A stretch of 64,000 nucleotides of DNA from Ginglymostoma cirratum. Lineage: Eukaryota. The number at the start of each line of letters is the position of its first letter. The stretch's first letter is position 1. The translations under genes were made by a program, and so were the position numbers. Below the pieces are notes generated by a model. It was not told the origin of the DNA and did no database searches. It worked only from the letters and a program-made list of their open reading frames with translations. Positions 41,501 through 54,484 of this stretch are shown in pieces. The stretch spans positions 7,727,219 to 7,791,218 of the forward strand of contig JAHRHZ010000051.1 in NCBI GenBank assembly GCA_024137785.1. The letters are read 5' to 3'.

Positions 41501-42596
41501 TGATCTTCTACTTCAACCTCACCTGACCATACAATCCCCTAACAATTAAGCAAATCTCTTAAATCTCTTTGTGCAGAAAAATGTATTGCCCTCAGTCGCA
41601 ACTATACGCAACATGTGACCATCCACAGCTTTCTAGGATAGAGAATTCCAAAGATTCACAAATTTTGGCTGAAAAGGTTCTCCTCGTCTCAAGCCTAAAT
41701 GGCTGATCTCTCATTCTGAGGCTGTGAATCCATGTTACAGACTCCCCAGCCAAGGGAAACACTTTCTCAGCATCTACCCTGTGAAGTCTCTACACACGTT
41801 TCAATGAGAATGTCTTTCTTCTAAACTCCACGGCATTTGCATCCATTCTACCCAAGCTCTTTGTACTGGACATCTGCCTGACTGAACGAAACGGCCCAGT
41901 GAACCTTCATTACTGTCCCTCTAGAGAAGGTATATCCCTCCTTACGTAGGAAACCAAATGTCACAAAGTACTGTAGACGTAACCTCAACAATTCCCTATA
42001 TAATTGGAGTAAGACTCATCTACATTTCCACCTTAATCCCTTTCGATCAAAAGCATTTCCCTTCCTTAGTGCTTGCTTCACCTGTATGTCAAATTCTGTG
42101 ATTGATTTTAACGATGGCTTCGGAAAAGATATCATAAAAGATGTAATAGCATTTGGAAAGCATTGACAGGATTGGACAAAGTCAGCATGGATTTATGAAG
42201 GAGGAAGATAGAGATAAGAAAAAATTTCTGTACTGAGCCTGTGGAATTCTCTACCACAGAAAGCAGTTGAGGCCAAAACATTGAATGTTTTCAAAAAGAA
42301 GTTAGATATAGCTCTTAAGTCTAAAATGTTCAAATGGGCTCAGGAGAAAGTGGGAACAGGATACCTGTTGGATGATCAGCTGTTATCATATTGAATGGCA
42401 GAACAGACTCAAAAGGGCTAAATGGCCTACTCCTCCTATTTTTGACGTTTCTATATACAAGAACAAATGCAAATATTTCTAGTCTATTACCATCCAAAAA
42501 TATCTTTCATTTTTATTATCAAAATGGATAACTTTATATTTCACCATAATGTATTCCATCTGCCACATTCTTGATCTTTCACTTAATTTCCATCCC

Positions 42597-45233
42597 CAGT
42601 TGCGGTCTCCAACCCAAAGAGAGTTTTGACAAGTCCAATAGTTCTCAATCTCAGTTGGCTCCCTGTTATGCATCTTTTTAATCAATCTGTTCAGAAGTGT
42701 TATGATACACCTCTGGAGCAGACAGGATTGTGATCAACTGGTCTTTGGCAGTTGATCTCAGTCCCTCAAACACCACCCATGTCCCTTCTAAGGTGTGTGC
42801 ACATATCTATCATCATGCCAACATATTACTTCTACTTGCGGAAGACGCTGCCAGGCACTGCACAGGACTAAGAAAAATTATGATGAATGCTACCCCATAT
42901 CCAGTATTCAAGCAATGCAAGGTAACCAGGGGCATCAGAAACAAGTTGTGAAAGCAGAAGTGACGTCTTGTGCCTCCACACTTGAAAACAGTCAGCAACA
43001 TGCTGGATGTTCCAGAGGCTGAATCCCATCACTAGTTACAACATGAAGCAAGCACAGGGGAGAACAAATTCCAGTCCCACATCTAAACTCATAATTAATT
43101 ACAAAGTGCAGAATTGATATTTGAGTTCAGCCAATTTTAAGCTTTGTTAAGAGGAGCCTTTACATTTTGTTGCTCATCGTGGGTAGTGTACATTTCTAAC
43201 CTAAGATGTGTTCTCAGTCATAGCCTAGTAGTTTGTGCTATCCTGCTACTCATCTTAGCTAAAAAGTACATCTTTGGTTAATGGTAACGATGAGTAACCC
43301 CGACAATCTAAACAAAATAATAAAAATGTACAACTCTGTCACGGAATAGTAAAATGAGTTTCTGTTCATAACTGTAAAAGGTAAGAACATTTTCTTCATA
43401 CATCACCAAATTATATCGAAAAAAATGGAACATTTGTAACAACACCTCACGATGACATACAAATTCACAAATGCAAGGATAGTTTTCCCTTGACCAGCAT
43501 GCTTTAGATAAAGAAAGTTGACAAATCGAAGGTGGTTTTGAAAGCTCAACAGTCATTTTTGTTTTCTAAACCTGCAGCAAAATGTAAGGCCTGCAACGAA
43601 GCATCATTTCACATTTGCCATCTTCTGGCAAAAGACAAGAAGTCAGTCACAGAGAGACAACTAAAAGAAGCAATGACTGTGGCTGCTGACTCTTTATTCA
43701 AAGACATTAAGAACAAAGAAGAAATAATAGCAGTTCAGAGCATGTTACTTGATGTTTCCACAGCAGCAAGATGAGCGGAAACTTTGTCAGAAGTCATCTT
43801 TCATCAACAACAGCAGAACCTGAGGACTATGAATGTTTCTCACTGTAATCTGATGAACCATCAACATAACCAACACAGCCCAAGTGATTGTTTTTGTGCA
43901 CATGGTTTTTGAGGAATTAAGAACAAAAGAGAGAACAAAGGGTGAGGAAATCTACAACAAATTCAAACGGTACATGCTTGAGAGAAACATTCCAATCAAG
44001 TAACATCACAACTGATGGTGCACCAGCCATTCTTGGTGTAAATGTGGTCTTTGTTGCATTTTGCAGATAGGATCATGATCTTCCCTCTTTTATCACTTAG
44101 CACAGTTTAATCCACTAGCAAGTGATGAACTTTTCTCATGCAATGAAAGTTATCGTTAAGATTGTTTTCTCAATTTAAGCAAAAGTCCGTCAGCACTTCT
44201 TACTCAATGAACTCGATGTTGCCTAAGGTGAAGTAATCCTCCGTGCTGATGTGAGGTGGTTAAGTCAAGGGAACAACCTGTAAAGATTTTTAGATTTGCA
44301 GCCTGAAATCATCACTTTTCTTAATTCAACAACTGAGGTGTCAATGCGTAGTTGCTCGAGTTTGGGTTCTTTACAGACATACCGTCAAAACTGGATGAAC
44401 TATGAACTGCAGGGAATACAGATCATATGATCAGGGCTGTGAATACATTCAAATTGAATCTGGGTCTGCGGTCTTCCCATTTAGAACAAGACACTGCAAT
44501 GCTTCCTGCATCTGAGAAAATATATATATAAAGAATTAAATACAAAGAAATGAGATTCTACACAGAACATGTCTGTTCACACACCTGAGGAAGTTAGCAT
44601 AGGAATTCAACAGGTGACTTTAGGAAATAGATGTGATGGAACAAATTGTTATGTTGGTCTCAAACTCAGTGGTTGGTTGGCTACCGAATTCCATCAGATG
44701 TTTGATTTGCAGAGCAATGGGGCTGATTATGGAGGTAATTACTCTGCAAAATGATATTCAGCTTAAAATCAGATTGAGGGTCAGTGATTTTTTTTGGGGC
44801 TTTGTAAACAGAAATAAATACACATTCCTAACATTGTATACTTTTAAACTGAAAGCTAACTTTAACAGTTCTTTTACTTTTACTTTGGCTTTAACTTTAT
44901 TTTTACTTTGACTCTGTACACCTCCCAAATGAAGATAAACAAGTCCATATACTATACCCATAAAGGTGGACTGTATATGACTACCAGCCTCAAACTTGTG
45001 CATGCACACGATCTGCCAGTGCCTTGAAGCCCCACTCAACGCACTGGCAGATCATCTGCATGCATCGGTCTCTCACTGAAACTTGGTGAGTAGAGGACAA
45101 AACAAATAATTATTTATATTTGCTTTTAAATTTATATAGCTTAAAAAAGTAAGCTGTTTATTCTATATTTTCTTAGAGGTAGATCCCAGGTTGTAACAAG
45201 TGGACTTGTGCTTAAAAATGTTGGAGACCACTG
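42597..45233 (+). mobile_element. hAT DNA transposon (GTF2IRD2/SPIN/Charlie-like transposase), decayed
   Basis: TIR-like ends gcggtctccaac (42602-42613) and gttggagaccactg (45220-45233); motifs EASFHICHLLAKDKKSVTE, ITTDGAPAI and DVRWLSQG. Confidence 0.85.
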
Positions 45234-46759
45234 ATCTATAATATCTTTGCATCCTAGTGGGTGCTTATTTTCCCTAATTCTGTATTATCGGCAAACCTGA
45301 AAATTGTTATATTCAATCCACCAATCAGAATCATCAGTATAGGTTGGAAATTGTCAAGGTCTGAGTACAGATCCTTGTGGTTACCTACCAGTTAGAGCCC
45401 TGCCAACCTTTTCTGCTTTTTTCTGTCCATCTATCGTACCTCAATTCATGGTTATATTGCATCACCCAAACCCATGAGTTCTAGTTTTGTAATAACCTCT
45501 TATGAATGCCTTTTGAAAATCCAAATGTCCAGCCTTTACAGGTTCCCCATCCATTCTGGAGACACACCTCAAATCATTTTAACACATTCACCAAATCAGA
45601 TCTCCCCCCATCCATATTTCCACGTTAACTCAGTTTATCATATGATTTTTAAGTGACCTTTTACCACTACCCCACAAATCGATTCCTGCGATAAATGTTA
45701 GGTTTAATGGCTTATAACTGCCCTTTACTCTCTCCCTCCTTACTTAAACAGTGATGTTATGCTCGCCACTTTCCAATTCTTGGCAACTATTCTTGAATTT
45801 AAGGAATGTAGGAAGATCAAAATCAGTGTACCCACTATCTCTGCAGCCATCACTTTTACAATCCTAAAATGCAGATTGTTAGGTCCAGGGGATTTATGGC
45901 CCCTTACTATTAATTTCTCCAGTACAGTTTCTTTATTTATAGTGATTAATTTAATTTTACTAGAACCTTGGTTTCTAAAATTATTTTTAAAATGATTTTT
46001 GTGTCTTCAATTGTGAAAGCAGACACAAAGGGTAGAATCTTCCCAGCCACTAAATGACTTGGGAATTGGTGAGAAATTTGGGAAAATCACATGAGATCAG
46101 CATTAAGTAGATTATCAATGTCCAGAGCAAAAGGTTCCATTTTCCCATGTTGAATAGGGAGACTACATCCTCACTAGTGAACAGTGAGAGGCCTATTTGC
46201 ATGCATTAGCATGTGGTAACATCTCATTATTAGTTCATTTCATCTCATTTGTATGCAGTTTCATCTTCTCCCAGCTGTCACATTAGAAACTAGATGACAA
46301 CAATTCCTGACAGAAACTCTGAGCAGTTAGCTGACAAATCCAGCTCACTGCTCACTCCTCTGCCCTCCACCTTGGACAGCAGTCACTAATATTTTAGGGC
46401 ATGCTCCTGGTCAGTGACAGCATGCACTCCAGGTCCATTGACAGACAAATACCAACCTCTCTGCAGCTCCTGGCACAGCTCCAATTTAATTACTTTAGAG
46501 TGCACTGGCACCTTTCCTTGTAAATACTACTGCCAGGATGCTTTGCACACAGGGACAGGCACCGAGCTCATAGATTACACTAGACTGCATCTCAGGCCTC
46601 CTCACTTGGTCTCTTAACACTCACTCTGTCAATATTTCAACGATCACTGCATCCCTGCCTCACCTTTCAGCACTCACGCCTCAGCCAGAGCTTAAAAGCT
46701 CACATTACCTTGCATTTTAGTGCAGACTCAAAGCTAGGAAGCCTGTCATGTTAGTAAAA

Positions 46760-47375
46760 GAGATAACAAGCATGGGGCTGGATGAACACAGCAGGTCAAG
46801 CAGCATCATAGGAGCAGGAAAACTTGACGTTTCAGGCCTAAACCCTTCATCAGAAATGGGGGAGGGGAAGAGGGTTCTGAAATAAATAGGGAGAGAGGGG
46901 GAGGCGGATAGAGGATGGATAGAGGAGAGGATAGGTGGAGAGGAGGCAGACAAGTCGAAGAGGCGGGGATGGAGCCAGTAAACGTGAGTGTAGGTAGGGG
47001 GGTAGGGAGGAGATAGGTCAGTCCAGGGAGGACGGACAGGTCAAGGGGGCGGGATGATGTTAGTAGATAGGAGATGGGGGTGTGGCTTGAGGTGAGAGGA
47101 AAAACAGGTTAGGGAGGTGGAGATGAGCTGGGCTGGTTTTGGGATACGGTTGAGGGAGGGGAGATTTTGAAGTTTGTGAAATCCACATTGATGCCATTGG
47201 GCTGCAGGGTTCCCAGGCTGAATATGATTTGCTGTTCCTGCAGCCTTCGGGTGGCATCACTGTGGCATTGTAGGAGGCCCAGGATGGACATGTCATCTGA
47301 GGAATGGGAGGGGGAGTTGAAATGGTTCGCGACTGGGAGGTGCAGTTGTTTGTTGCGAACTGAGCGCAGGTGTTC
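46760..47375 (-). mobile_element. Penelope-like (Neptune-type) 3' fragment: GIY-YIG C-terminus plus pseudo-LTR
   Basis: EHLRSVRNKQLHLPVANHFNSPSHSSDDMSILGLLQCHSDATRRLQEQQIIFSLGTLQPNGINVDF; pyrimidine-rich 3' UTR; pseudo-LTR. Confidence 0.9.
46820..46858 (-). ncRNA. Minimal type-I hammerhead ribozyme motif with intact core
   Basis: Minus strand attt-CTGATGA-a-GGGT ttag GCCT-GAAA-CGTC-aagt; stem I attt/aagt; ACGT palindrome. Confidence 0.7.
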
Positions 47376-49604
47376 TGTTTGGACATGTCTTGGTACAGCA
47401 CCAGGTTATGTCAGTCACATACCTGCACAATATGCCAGCAGTGTGCACAACAAACACACTGCATGTGCATCAACCAAGTGGCCGTGTCTCAATTTCTACA
47501 AAGGAAGACACCCTTCAGTCAGGGGGTCCTAGCACTGAAAGTCAAGGGCAATGTCCAATATCAGTCCAGGGGATTCAACACAGACAGTTGGATGATTGGG
47601 GCGGTCAGGTTCAGGGTGTCCATCTCACTACAGTTCAGGGAGTCAGCCATGGTCAGTCCTGCAAAGCGAGTGAATGGAGTCTTAGGAGTCACAGTCTCTG
47701 CTGTACAGTGGTCAGTCATCAGTCAATGCAGTCTTTCCAATCTGGGCAGGGAAGTGTACCACAGTCAGTCCTGGGGTTTAGTTCAATGAAAGAAAAGAGT
47801 GGTTATAAGGGGAGCACTGCTATAATAGGGATGTCAGGAGAATCAATGTGGGGATCAGAGCCAGCATGCTGGGATGTAGAGTCAACAATAATTATGAAGT
47901 AGGGAAACTCAACATAAAAAGGGGAAAGGATAGCGCATTGAAAGACATGGGTTACTGTGGACACAGAATCATCAGCAGTCACAATCACCTTGACATTAAT
48001 GGGGGGGAGCAATGCAGCATTGTGGCTGGCATGACTACAGGGGTGGGGTTTAGGAGTAATGTTGAGAGATGAAGTCATAATTCGGAACGTGTGAGAACGT
48101 CTGGGTGTCCAGTAATGGTGGGCTTGACCAGGAGTGCCAAAAAAAAGGAACAAGGAAGTGTGTGGGGTCCCTGTTGATTACCAGGCTGTGCCAAGGGCAG
48201 CCTGCATTGCCTGCTATACTCAGGTGACTCGTATATGCTCACTGGGAATTGAAAATCGCTGAGACCATGCCGAGGGGGCAGAATCAGCGTTTTCTGCACA
48301 GGAACAGGAAACAAGGTGCTCTGATGGACTCTGATGGGCTGGGAGAATGGGAGCAGTATTCCAAAGAGGAAGGTGAGGATATTGAGTAGGAGGAAGAATA
48401 TTACCTTGTGCATGATAGAGCTCTGCAGAATCAGGCACAACAAGCCAGGCAGGACTTAATCGACACGCAGTTCCAGTAGCTGAGAGTTGGACACAGTGCT
48501 CACTTATTGACTGCAGATTTCCTGGCACTCGAAAGACCCTGACTGTTCCCACAGGCAAACGCAGGTTTTGTTTTTTTTTATTTATTGCTTTGTTTTTACT
48601 GGTGCTGAATAAAAGAGAATATTTTGAACCATTTGAAAACTTTCCAGTCCCACATTGAACATATGATGATGTTGGATTCACTGAGCATTGGGGAAAGCAT
48701 AACACTCCCTTGGACAGAGTTCTAAGATGAGATGAAGCTAAAGACGGCTAACCTGTGGGAGTCTGTTCTTTAACAGCAATAGATTTGTGCATATGCACTT
48801 GTACTTACAATGAAGGCTCAGCCGTGCCACCTAATTGCTCTGAGAAGTCATTGATTATGGTTGTCCTACCATCACATGCACACAGAAGGGCAACTCCTGC
48901 CAGTGCTTGACCGGGTGCACAGCTGGACTTTAAAAGATGTTGTTCCCAAGGTGCCCCTGATGTTCCAGCAGTGGTAAGTACTTATGACTGTGGCAGGTGG
49001 GAAGTTACAATGAATGGGATGCCATCAGGGAACAATGCACAGGCACTGAGGGAAGTTTAGGAAAATTGCATGAAAAATATTGCTAGGACTCATGGAGACC
49101 AACCCTCCATGAAATTTGTCAAAATTGACTCTCAACTAATTTCCTGTAAATTTCAGCCCAAATACTGGTTGACACCTTCGCCGTTCCCATATTGCTCATG
49201 ATAATTTCACCTGTCCCTGCCTCTGATAGGCTTATATTTACATTTACTTGAAAAGACATCTGAACTGCGATGTAAAACAAGGCGGATATAGGTAACAAGA
49301 ATGTGACACAAAATGAAATACAGCTTGGATCTCTATGTAACTGTGTTGCTCTTCAGTTACCTAGGAAGGAATGATTTGCCAACTCTTTATAAACATTCGA
49401 TGAGAGCACCCTTTTTATGTAAGAAATAGCTATGTTCTCTGGTTTCAAACAGACCATAAAATATCCTTTTGCATGACTTTGTCCCCATAGTTTCCTCAAA
49501 AGTAATGATCCTCAAAACTCCCAAAAAGCATCTAAGTTGCTAAAAGTACACCATGATCTGCAAACAGGCCAACTGTGCATTTCTATTTTCTTCTAGTTTC
49601 ATAC

Positions 49605-49713
49605 CTGCTTGAGGATTTCCTGCTTGGATTTGCTCAGGTCTTCGTATTTGTCCTTCCACTGACATATATCTGCTTCCAGATTTTCAATCTGCCTTCCAAG
49701 TGCGGCTTTGTCC
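49605..49713 (-). CDS. CCDC102A: Internal coding exon (109 nt) of a CCDC102A/CCDC102B-family coiled-coil protein
   Basis: Minus strand reads ttttcacacag|G GAC AAA GCC...CTC AAG CAG|gtatga, translating to (x)DKAALGRQIENLEADICQWKDKYEDLSKSKQEILKQ. This matches the recalled CCDC102A segment '[28 protein letters not shown]'. Canonical AG/GT; ends in phase 0. A versus B paralog is not resolved. Confidence 0.88.
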
Positions 49714-52317
49714 CTGTGTGAAAAATACAGGATGTACCAGTCCATAGTTTACTAATATTTGGAAAGTCAACTATTAAAAAGAACTTTACCACTTACCGAT
49801 GAAGTTGCTGAGAAACCATGTAATAATGTGCAATAAGTGTTTGTAGTGGTTCAGAATCCAGAAGTGGGAGCCTTGGACATTTAGGTGAATTGTCACCAGG
49901 ACTAAAGGCCGAAACCTTCCTGTGTCAACCCAGGTCAGTTCAGGCAGTTAAGCCATGACACCTTCCTACCTTGACTCCACTGAGATCCTTTAGTGACCAA
50001 TTAACAGTGACTTCAGGGCCTATTCCTGCCTGGTGTGTAATTTTCTCAGCTCCAGTGGTCTAACCGACTGGTATACCTGCTTATGTCATTTGAATGGCTG
50101 GCTCTGGATGTGGGGCAGTGATCTACAGGGCTCATATCTCTTGCAGTTTTGCTCGGTTTTCCAGATTTGAAACGTCAGATAAAATGAGGAGAGATTAGAA
50201 ATAATTTAAATCAATATCAAAAGTCTGTTCCTAACTTGGGAGACAACAGTACAATTTTGTGAGTCTTAAATGTAGATGCTGCACACAAGACAAACAATTA
50301 ATCAAAGATGCAATTGCCAGAAATATTGTCAGGCAAACAAGATCAGAGTGGGTCACCACAGGATAACACAGAGAGTGTCCCTGAGCGTTCAGAAATTAAA
50401 TGGAATTGAAACAATGATTTTGCACTTGTATTGCTGTCTAACTGTCCTTTTTAAAGCAATAGTAATGGCCTGCCCTGCTCAACGCTGTACTGAGAGATTT
50501 ATATGAAACCACATTGACCTGATGACATTTCTAAAGCAAACTAATTGGTAGAAGTCATGCTTGAACTATCTTTCTGACATACTGTCCAAGTGTGGAAAGA
50601 TCAAGGTGCCCTAACTTGACAATAGGTGCAATGGCCCGAGACAATCAATGTTATGTGACTATCTGGATGTGTGTCCTGAAGGCAAATGAAATCAGCCAGG
50701 ACCAAAATGTTTTCTGTCAGTGTGACCTTTAAAGATAAAGGTATGAATGATCGCCAACAGCCCTGGTTTCCTAGTCCCACTTGAGCTCATTAGAGAAGTT
50801 TAGTGTTGCCTATTTTATCAGTTTCCTAACATGATCTTCTCTTGATTTCCACAAGGTTACCCTACACTAGCAGACAGATTTCTAAGTATTTCTCAGAAAA
50901 TGTTTGCAACTGCCTTTCACCCTCCTGCCATTTGTATATGAAATCAGAAATATTCGCAATGTACAGCACAGCATAGAGATTGCAGGTTGTCAAGGTTCAA
51001 TGTAAAATTTGACAAGTCTGCAGGCTTTTACAAATAATTAATGAACACCAGTTCTTGCTGTCACTATTCAAACAATGAACATTAATTATTAAGGTCACCT
51101 CTGCAAGTCAGATTAAAAATCAGATTTTTTTTTGTTAGGAAGCGTTCAAAAATAATTTGTAAATGATCATTTTGAAACTAAACAACCTAAGTATCTGTTT
51201 AATTTTATAAGAGATTTGATAACCACTATTAAATTTGTGGATTAACACTCAGCAGCATGGTAAGAACAAAGTTTGAAAAGTAAGAAAATAATAATTTTAA
51301 TGTTAATAATATGTACAGTATCTTTAATAGTTTATTACCCTGCAGTGAAAGTGACCACAGATAACTCTTAAAAAAATAAGTTAAAAAGCACTTTGGTCAA
51401 TAACAGGGTTGAATGTTTTCAGGCAATATATATGTAGATGTAATTAAATATCCTTAGCTAGGTTCATGGAAGAAAATGCCTCTTGGATTCACAAGCACCA
51501 TCTGTGTTTCAGCATGCCTCTCTGCCATGTTGGCTCCATTAACCTAAGTCTGACCACAAGAGAGTTGGAAATCTGATCCGTGTTCAACTATGATGCTTTG
51601 AAGTATCTCAGCAGCTTCCTCACCAATGCTCCTGGTAAAATTTCTTCAGCATCAGGAACATTCAGGAATCATAACGTTTTCTACAGTACTAGAAGAATAT
51701 ATTTGATAATGAGTGCTGCTTGTTCCTTCTGTGATCTGCTCACTATTGCAATATAAATTACTGAACAGTACCTAGCCTCTCAAAGCTCATCTCAGATAGT
51801 TTTACCTGTAGCCAGTGCACTTCTCAATAAATTAATTGTGACTCATGGTTAACAAGAAATGTTTTTAAAAATCTATGCCTTTTTACAATGATCATCATTA
51901 TCAAAATATGATCAGACTTGACTTACAACTGAAAGGGCAAATGATGAAACACTTGCAGCCACCTTCAGCCTGAAATGCCAAGTGAATGATTCAATTCTCC
52001 CGAACACCAGACTGAATATCATAGATGCCAGTCTTCAGCCAACTTCATTCACTCTGTATAATATCAAATAAATAGCTGAAGACACTGGAATCTGCAAAGG
52101 CTATAGATCCCAACAGTATCCCAGCTGTAGTATGGAAAATTTGTACTGTAGAACTAGTGATGTCTTCAGTTAAGCTGTTCCATTAGCATAAAATTTAGGC
52201 AACTTGCCATATTGCCCAGCTCATACCTAGGCATGTCCTGTCCACAGAATGCAGGACAAATTTTATCTGTTGAATTACCATTCTCAGGTGGAATGAGGCT
52301 TGCACCGGGAGCAGGGC

Positions 52318-52590
52318 TGAGGTGGAATGAAGGGAGGGATGAATGGAGGGGCAGGGAGAGAGGGAGGGATGGATATCTGGGGAGGGGAGGGAGGGAGGTA
52401 GGGATAGATGGCTTGGTGGAGAGGGATGGATGGATGGATGGATTGGTGGGTGGGGAGGGATGGAGGGAGGGATGAAGGGATGGAAGGAGGGTGGGCTGGA
52501 GGGTGAGGGAAGGTCGGAGGGACAGCTAGGGAGTAGGGATGGCTGGGGGTGAGTGAGGGATGGATTGAGGATGGACAGAAAGACAGACGA
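52318..52590. repeat. Purine-rich GGGA/GGAT low-complexity tract
   Basis: Dense GGG runs (ggagggagggatggatgg...). Confidence 0.85.
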
Positions 52591-53095
52591 GTTTTATTGT
52601 CACCTACTCAAAGAGTACACAGTGAAAAAAGTGTATAAAGTTGCCACTTATGGTATCATCTTAAGTACAAAGGTACCTAGGTACAATTCTTAGTTACATA
52701 ATAGTGAAATGAAGAAAAAGAATGTTACATTACAGCTATACACGGTATAACCAAAACAAGAAACAAAGTTAAAAAGACAAGCAGCACTATTTCTCTCCAA
52801 AGGCTCTCCAGAGCAGACCAGCACAGGGGGCCTCCACATGGTCTGACCACTGGCTGCTGCCACCATCTACACTGGGCTATTGGTCACCGACGTCCCCGCT
52901 CCAGCCGCTGGTCCCCGATGTCCCCGCTCCAGCCACTGGTCACTGACGTCCCCGCTCCAGCCGCTGGCATCTCCACCAACCTCCAACTCCACTTTGGAGA
53001 TCGGAGCCAGGTGTCCAAGGCCAAGACAAGGGATAGAAGGGAGGAGAGAGGGAGAAAAAGCAGAAAAAGAACAGGCAGAGCAGAGGAACTCTGAC
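52591..53095 (-). mobile_element. Short non-autonomous retroelement-like repeat
   Basis: ttttattgtcac...acagtgaaaa..gtgt end is shared with 56966-57010 (next to the Rex/Babar RT); contains a 28-bp x3 tandem. Confidence 0.45.
52882..52965. repeat. 28-bp x3 GC-rich tandem repeat
   Basis: ggtcaccgacgtccccgctccagccgct / ggtccccgatgtccccgctccagccact / ggtcactgacgtccccgctccagccgct. Confidence 0.9.
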
Positions 53096-54484
53096 CAGAC
53101 TGCCGATTGCAAAATAGAGGAATACGTTTTAATTCTACAAGAGTCCATGGTCAAACATATGAGACAAGTGGTCTTTAGCAGCGCTGCAAAATAATTGCCA
53201 AACCTGCTGGAAAGTTAATGCTTAATAACTAGTTTATAGGCTAGTTATATTAATCAATTAATCTAATGTATTTTTCTTAATTCTAATCAATGTAGGACAC
53301 TATTATAATGCAATTGCCCCTTTGAAGTTGCATCAACACTGAACAAGTGAAGTATGCCACGTGGCCCTTGGCCTGTGTATGAGTGCGCACGCACAGTTTA
53401 ATTGCAGGCTATTTCTGCAAAGCCGGTTGAGATTGAACAGACTGAAATATGGAACCAGTACACTCCGTAGCAGTTAACACTTAACATTTTGTAATTGCTA
53501 TCCAAGACTCAAAGGCCTACTGTACAAAAAGAACCATCATGAGTTTTCAAGCCTTCTGTATTGTTTAAAATTAATTTGTCTTTTAACATGTACAAGAAGC
53601 TTTATTGCAATTTATACAACAATTGTAAATAATGTATGCATTGCTTTGGTTCTTTTTCTTAATATTCATTCATTAGAATGAGGCCGTGGTTTTTAGGCCA
53701 GCACTTACTGCTTAGCCCCAGTGTCCTGGAGGAGGTGATGGTGAGCAGCCTTTTTGAACCACTGCAGTCCTTGGGGTACAGGGACACTCGCTGTGCTATT
53801 AGGAAGGATCTTGACCCAGCAACAGCGATGGAACAGTAATATAAGTTCAAGCACAAGAGGTTACCTTTATAGTCAAGTCCATTACTACGTCTTGACCTCC
53901 CCTATTACAATCTGTATATTTAAGAATTAATTTCTTGTACTTACATAGTTATTTGTTCTTATTGCTAATGAACCTTTGCCAACTGAAGGTATCCTGCCAC
54001 ATTCTCTAAGTGTATCTTGTTACCTTAACTTTAAACACTGACTGTCTTTATACATTGATTTTATATGCACTTTACTTAGACTTTATTCATGAATTCTGTA
54101 TTAGTTTTAAGATTGTGTGCCACACTTACTCTTGCGCTTTTTTTTCGTGACAAACACCAATACTCACTATGGAAATCCACACCAGCAAGCAGAGCAAAGC
54201 CAAAGCATACTGATAAACACCTATGTTAATAAGAATTCGACACAACATCCAATAGTCATATCGATACACCAATTAGGCATTTGGGATAAAGAACACAAAA
54301 GTTGATCACTGGGATCTAACATCAAAAACATGGTTATTTCAAATAGCAGATGTAAGAGTAGCGCAAGTTATGTATTAAAATGGTTAATGTTCCTTTTACA
54401 CTAGCTCCACCCTTTCTACTGATGTCACACAAAGTCCTCAGATTGAGACAAGAAGTTCTGCTTGCACTTTCAGAGGGAACAAAT

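Larger units (their letters stand above)
46030..49159. mobile_element. Probable non-autonomous PIF/Harbinger-like element
   Basis: Imperfect TIRs gggtagaatctt / aaatttcagccc; 3-bp TSD aaa at 46027-46029 and 49160-49162; cleanly interrupts the CR1. Confidence 0.6.
41440..49250 (-). mobile_element. CR1 element split into pieces (41440-42110, 42470-42596, 45234-46029, 49160-49250)
   Basis: Collinear minus-strand ORF2 pieces (e.g. WQMEYIMVKYKVIHF; NYKPLNLT), separated by later insertions. A plus-strand CR1 piece lies at ~42150-42455. Confidence 0.7.

Noticed and set aside
52212-52552. Gly/Glu/Arg-rich ORFs
   Set aside because: Artefact of the purine-rich low-complexity tract.
52882-52965. CRISPR-like array
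   Set aside because: The repeats are directly adjacent with no spacers and the context is eukaryotic; it is a simple minisatellite.
54168-54220. 53-nt minus-strand segment with atag / gtgagt sites
   Set aside because: It would frameshift, has a weak pyrimidine tract and no similarity to the expected upstream CCDC102 exon (..LDESQKVLLKERE).
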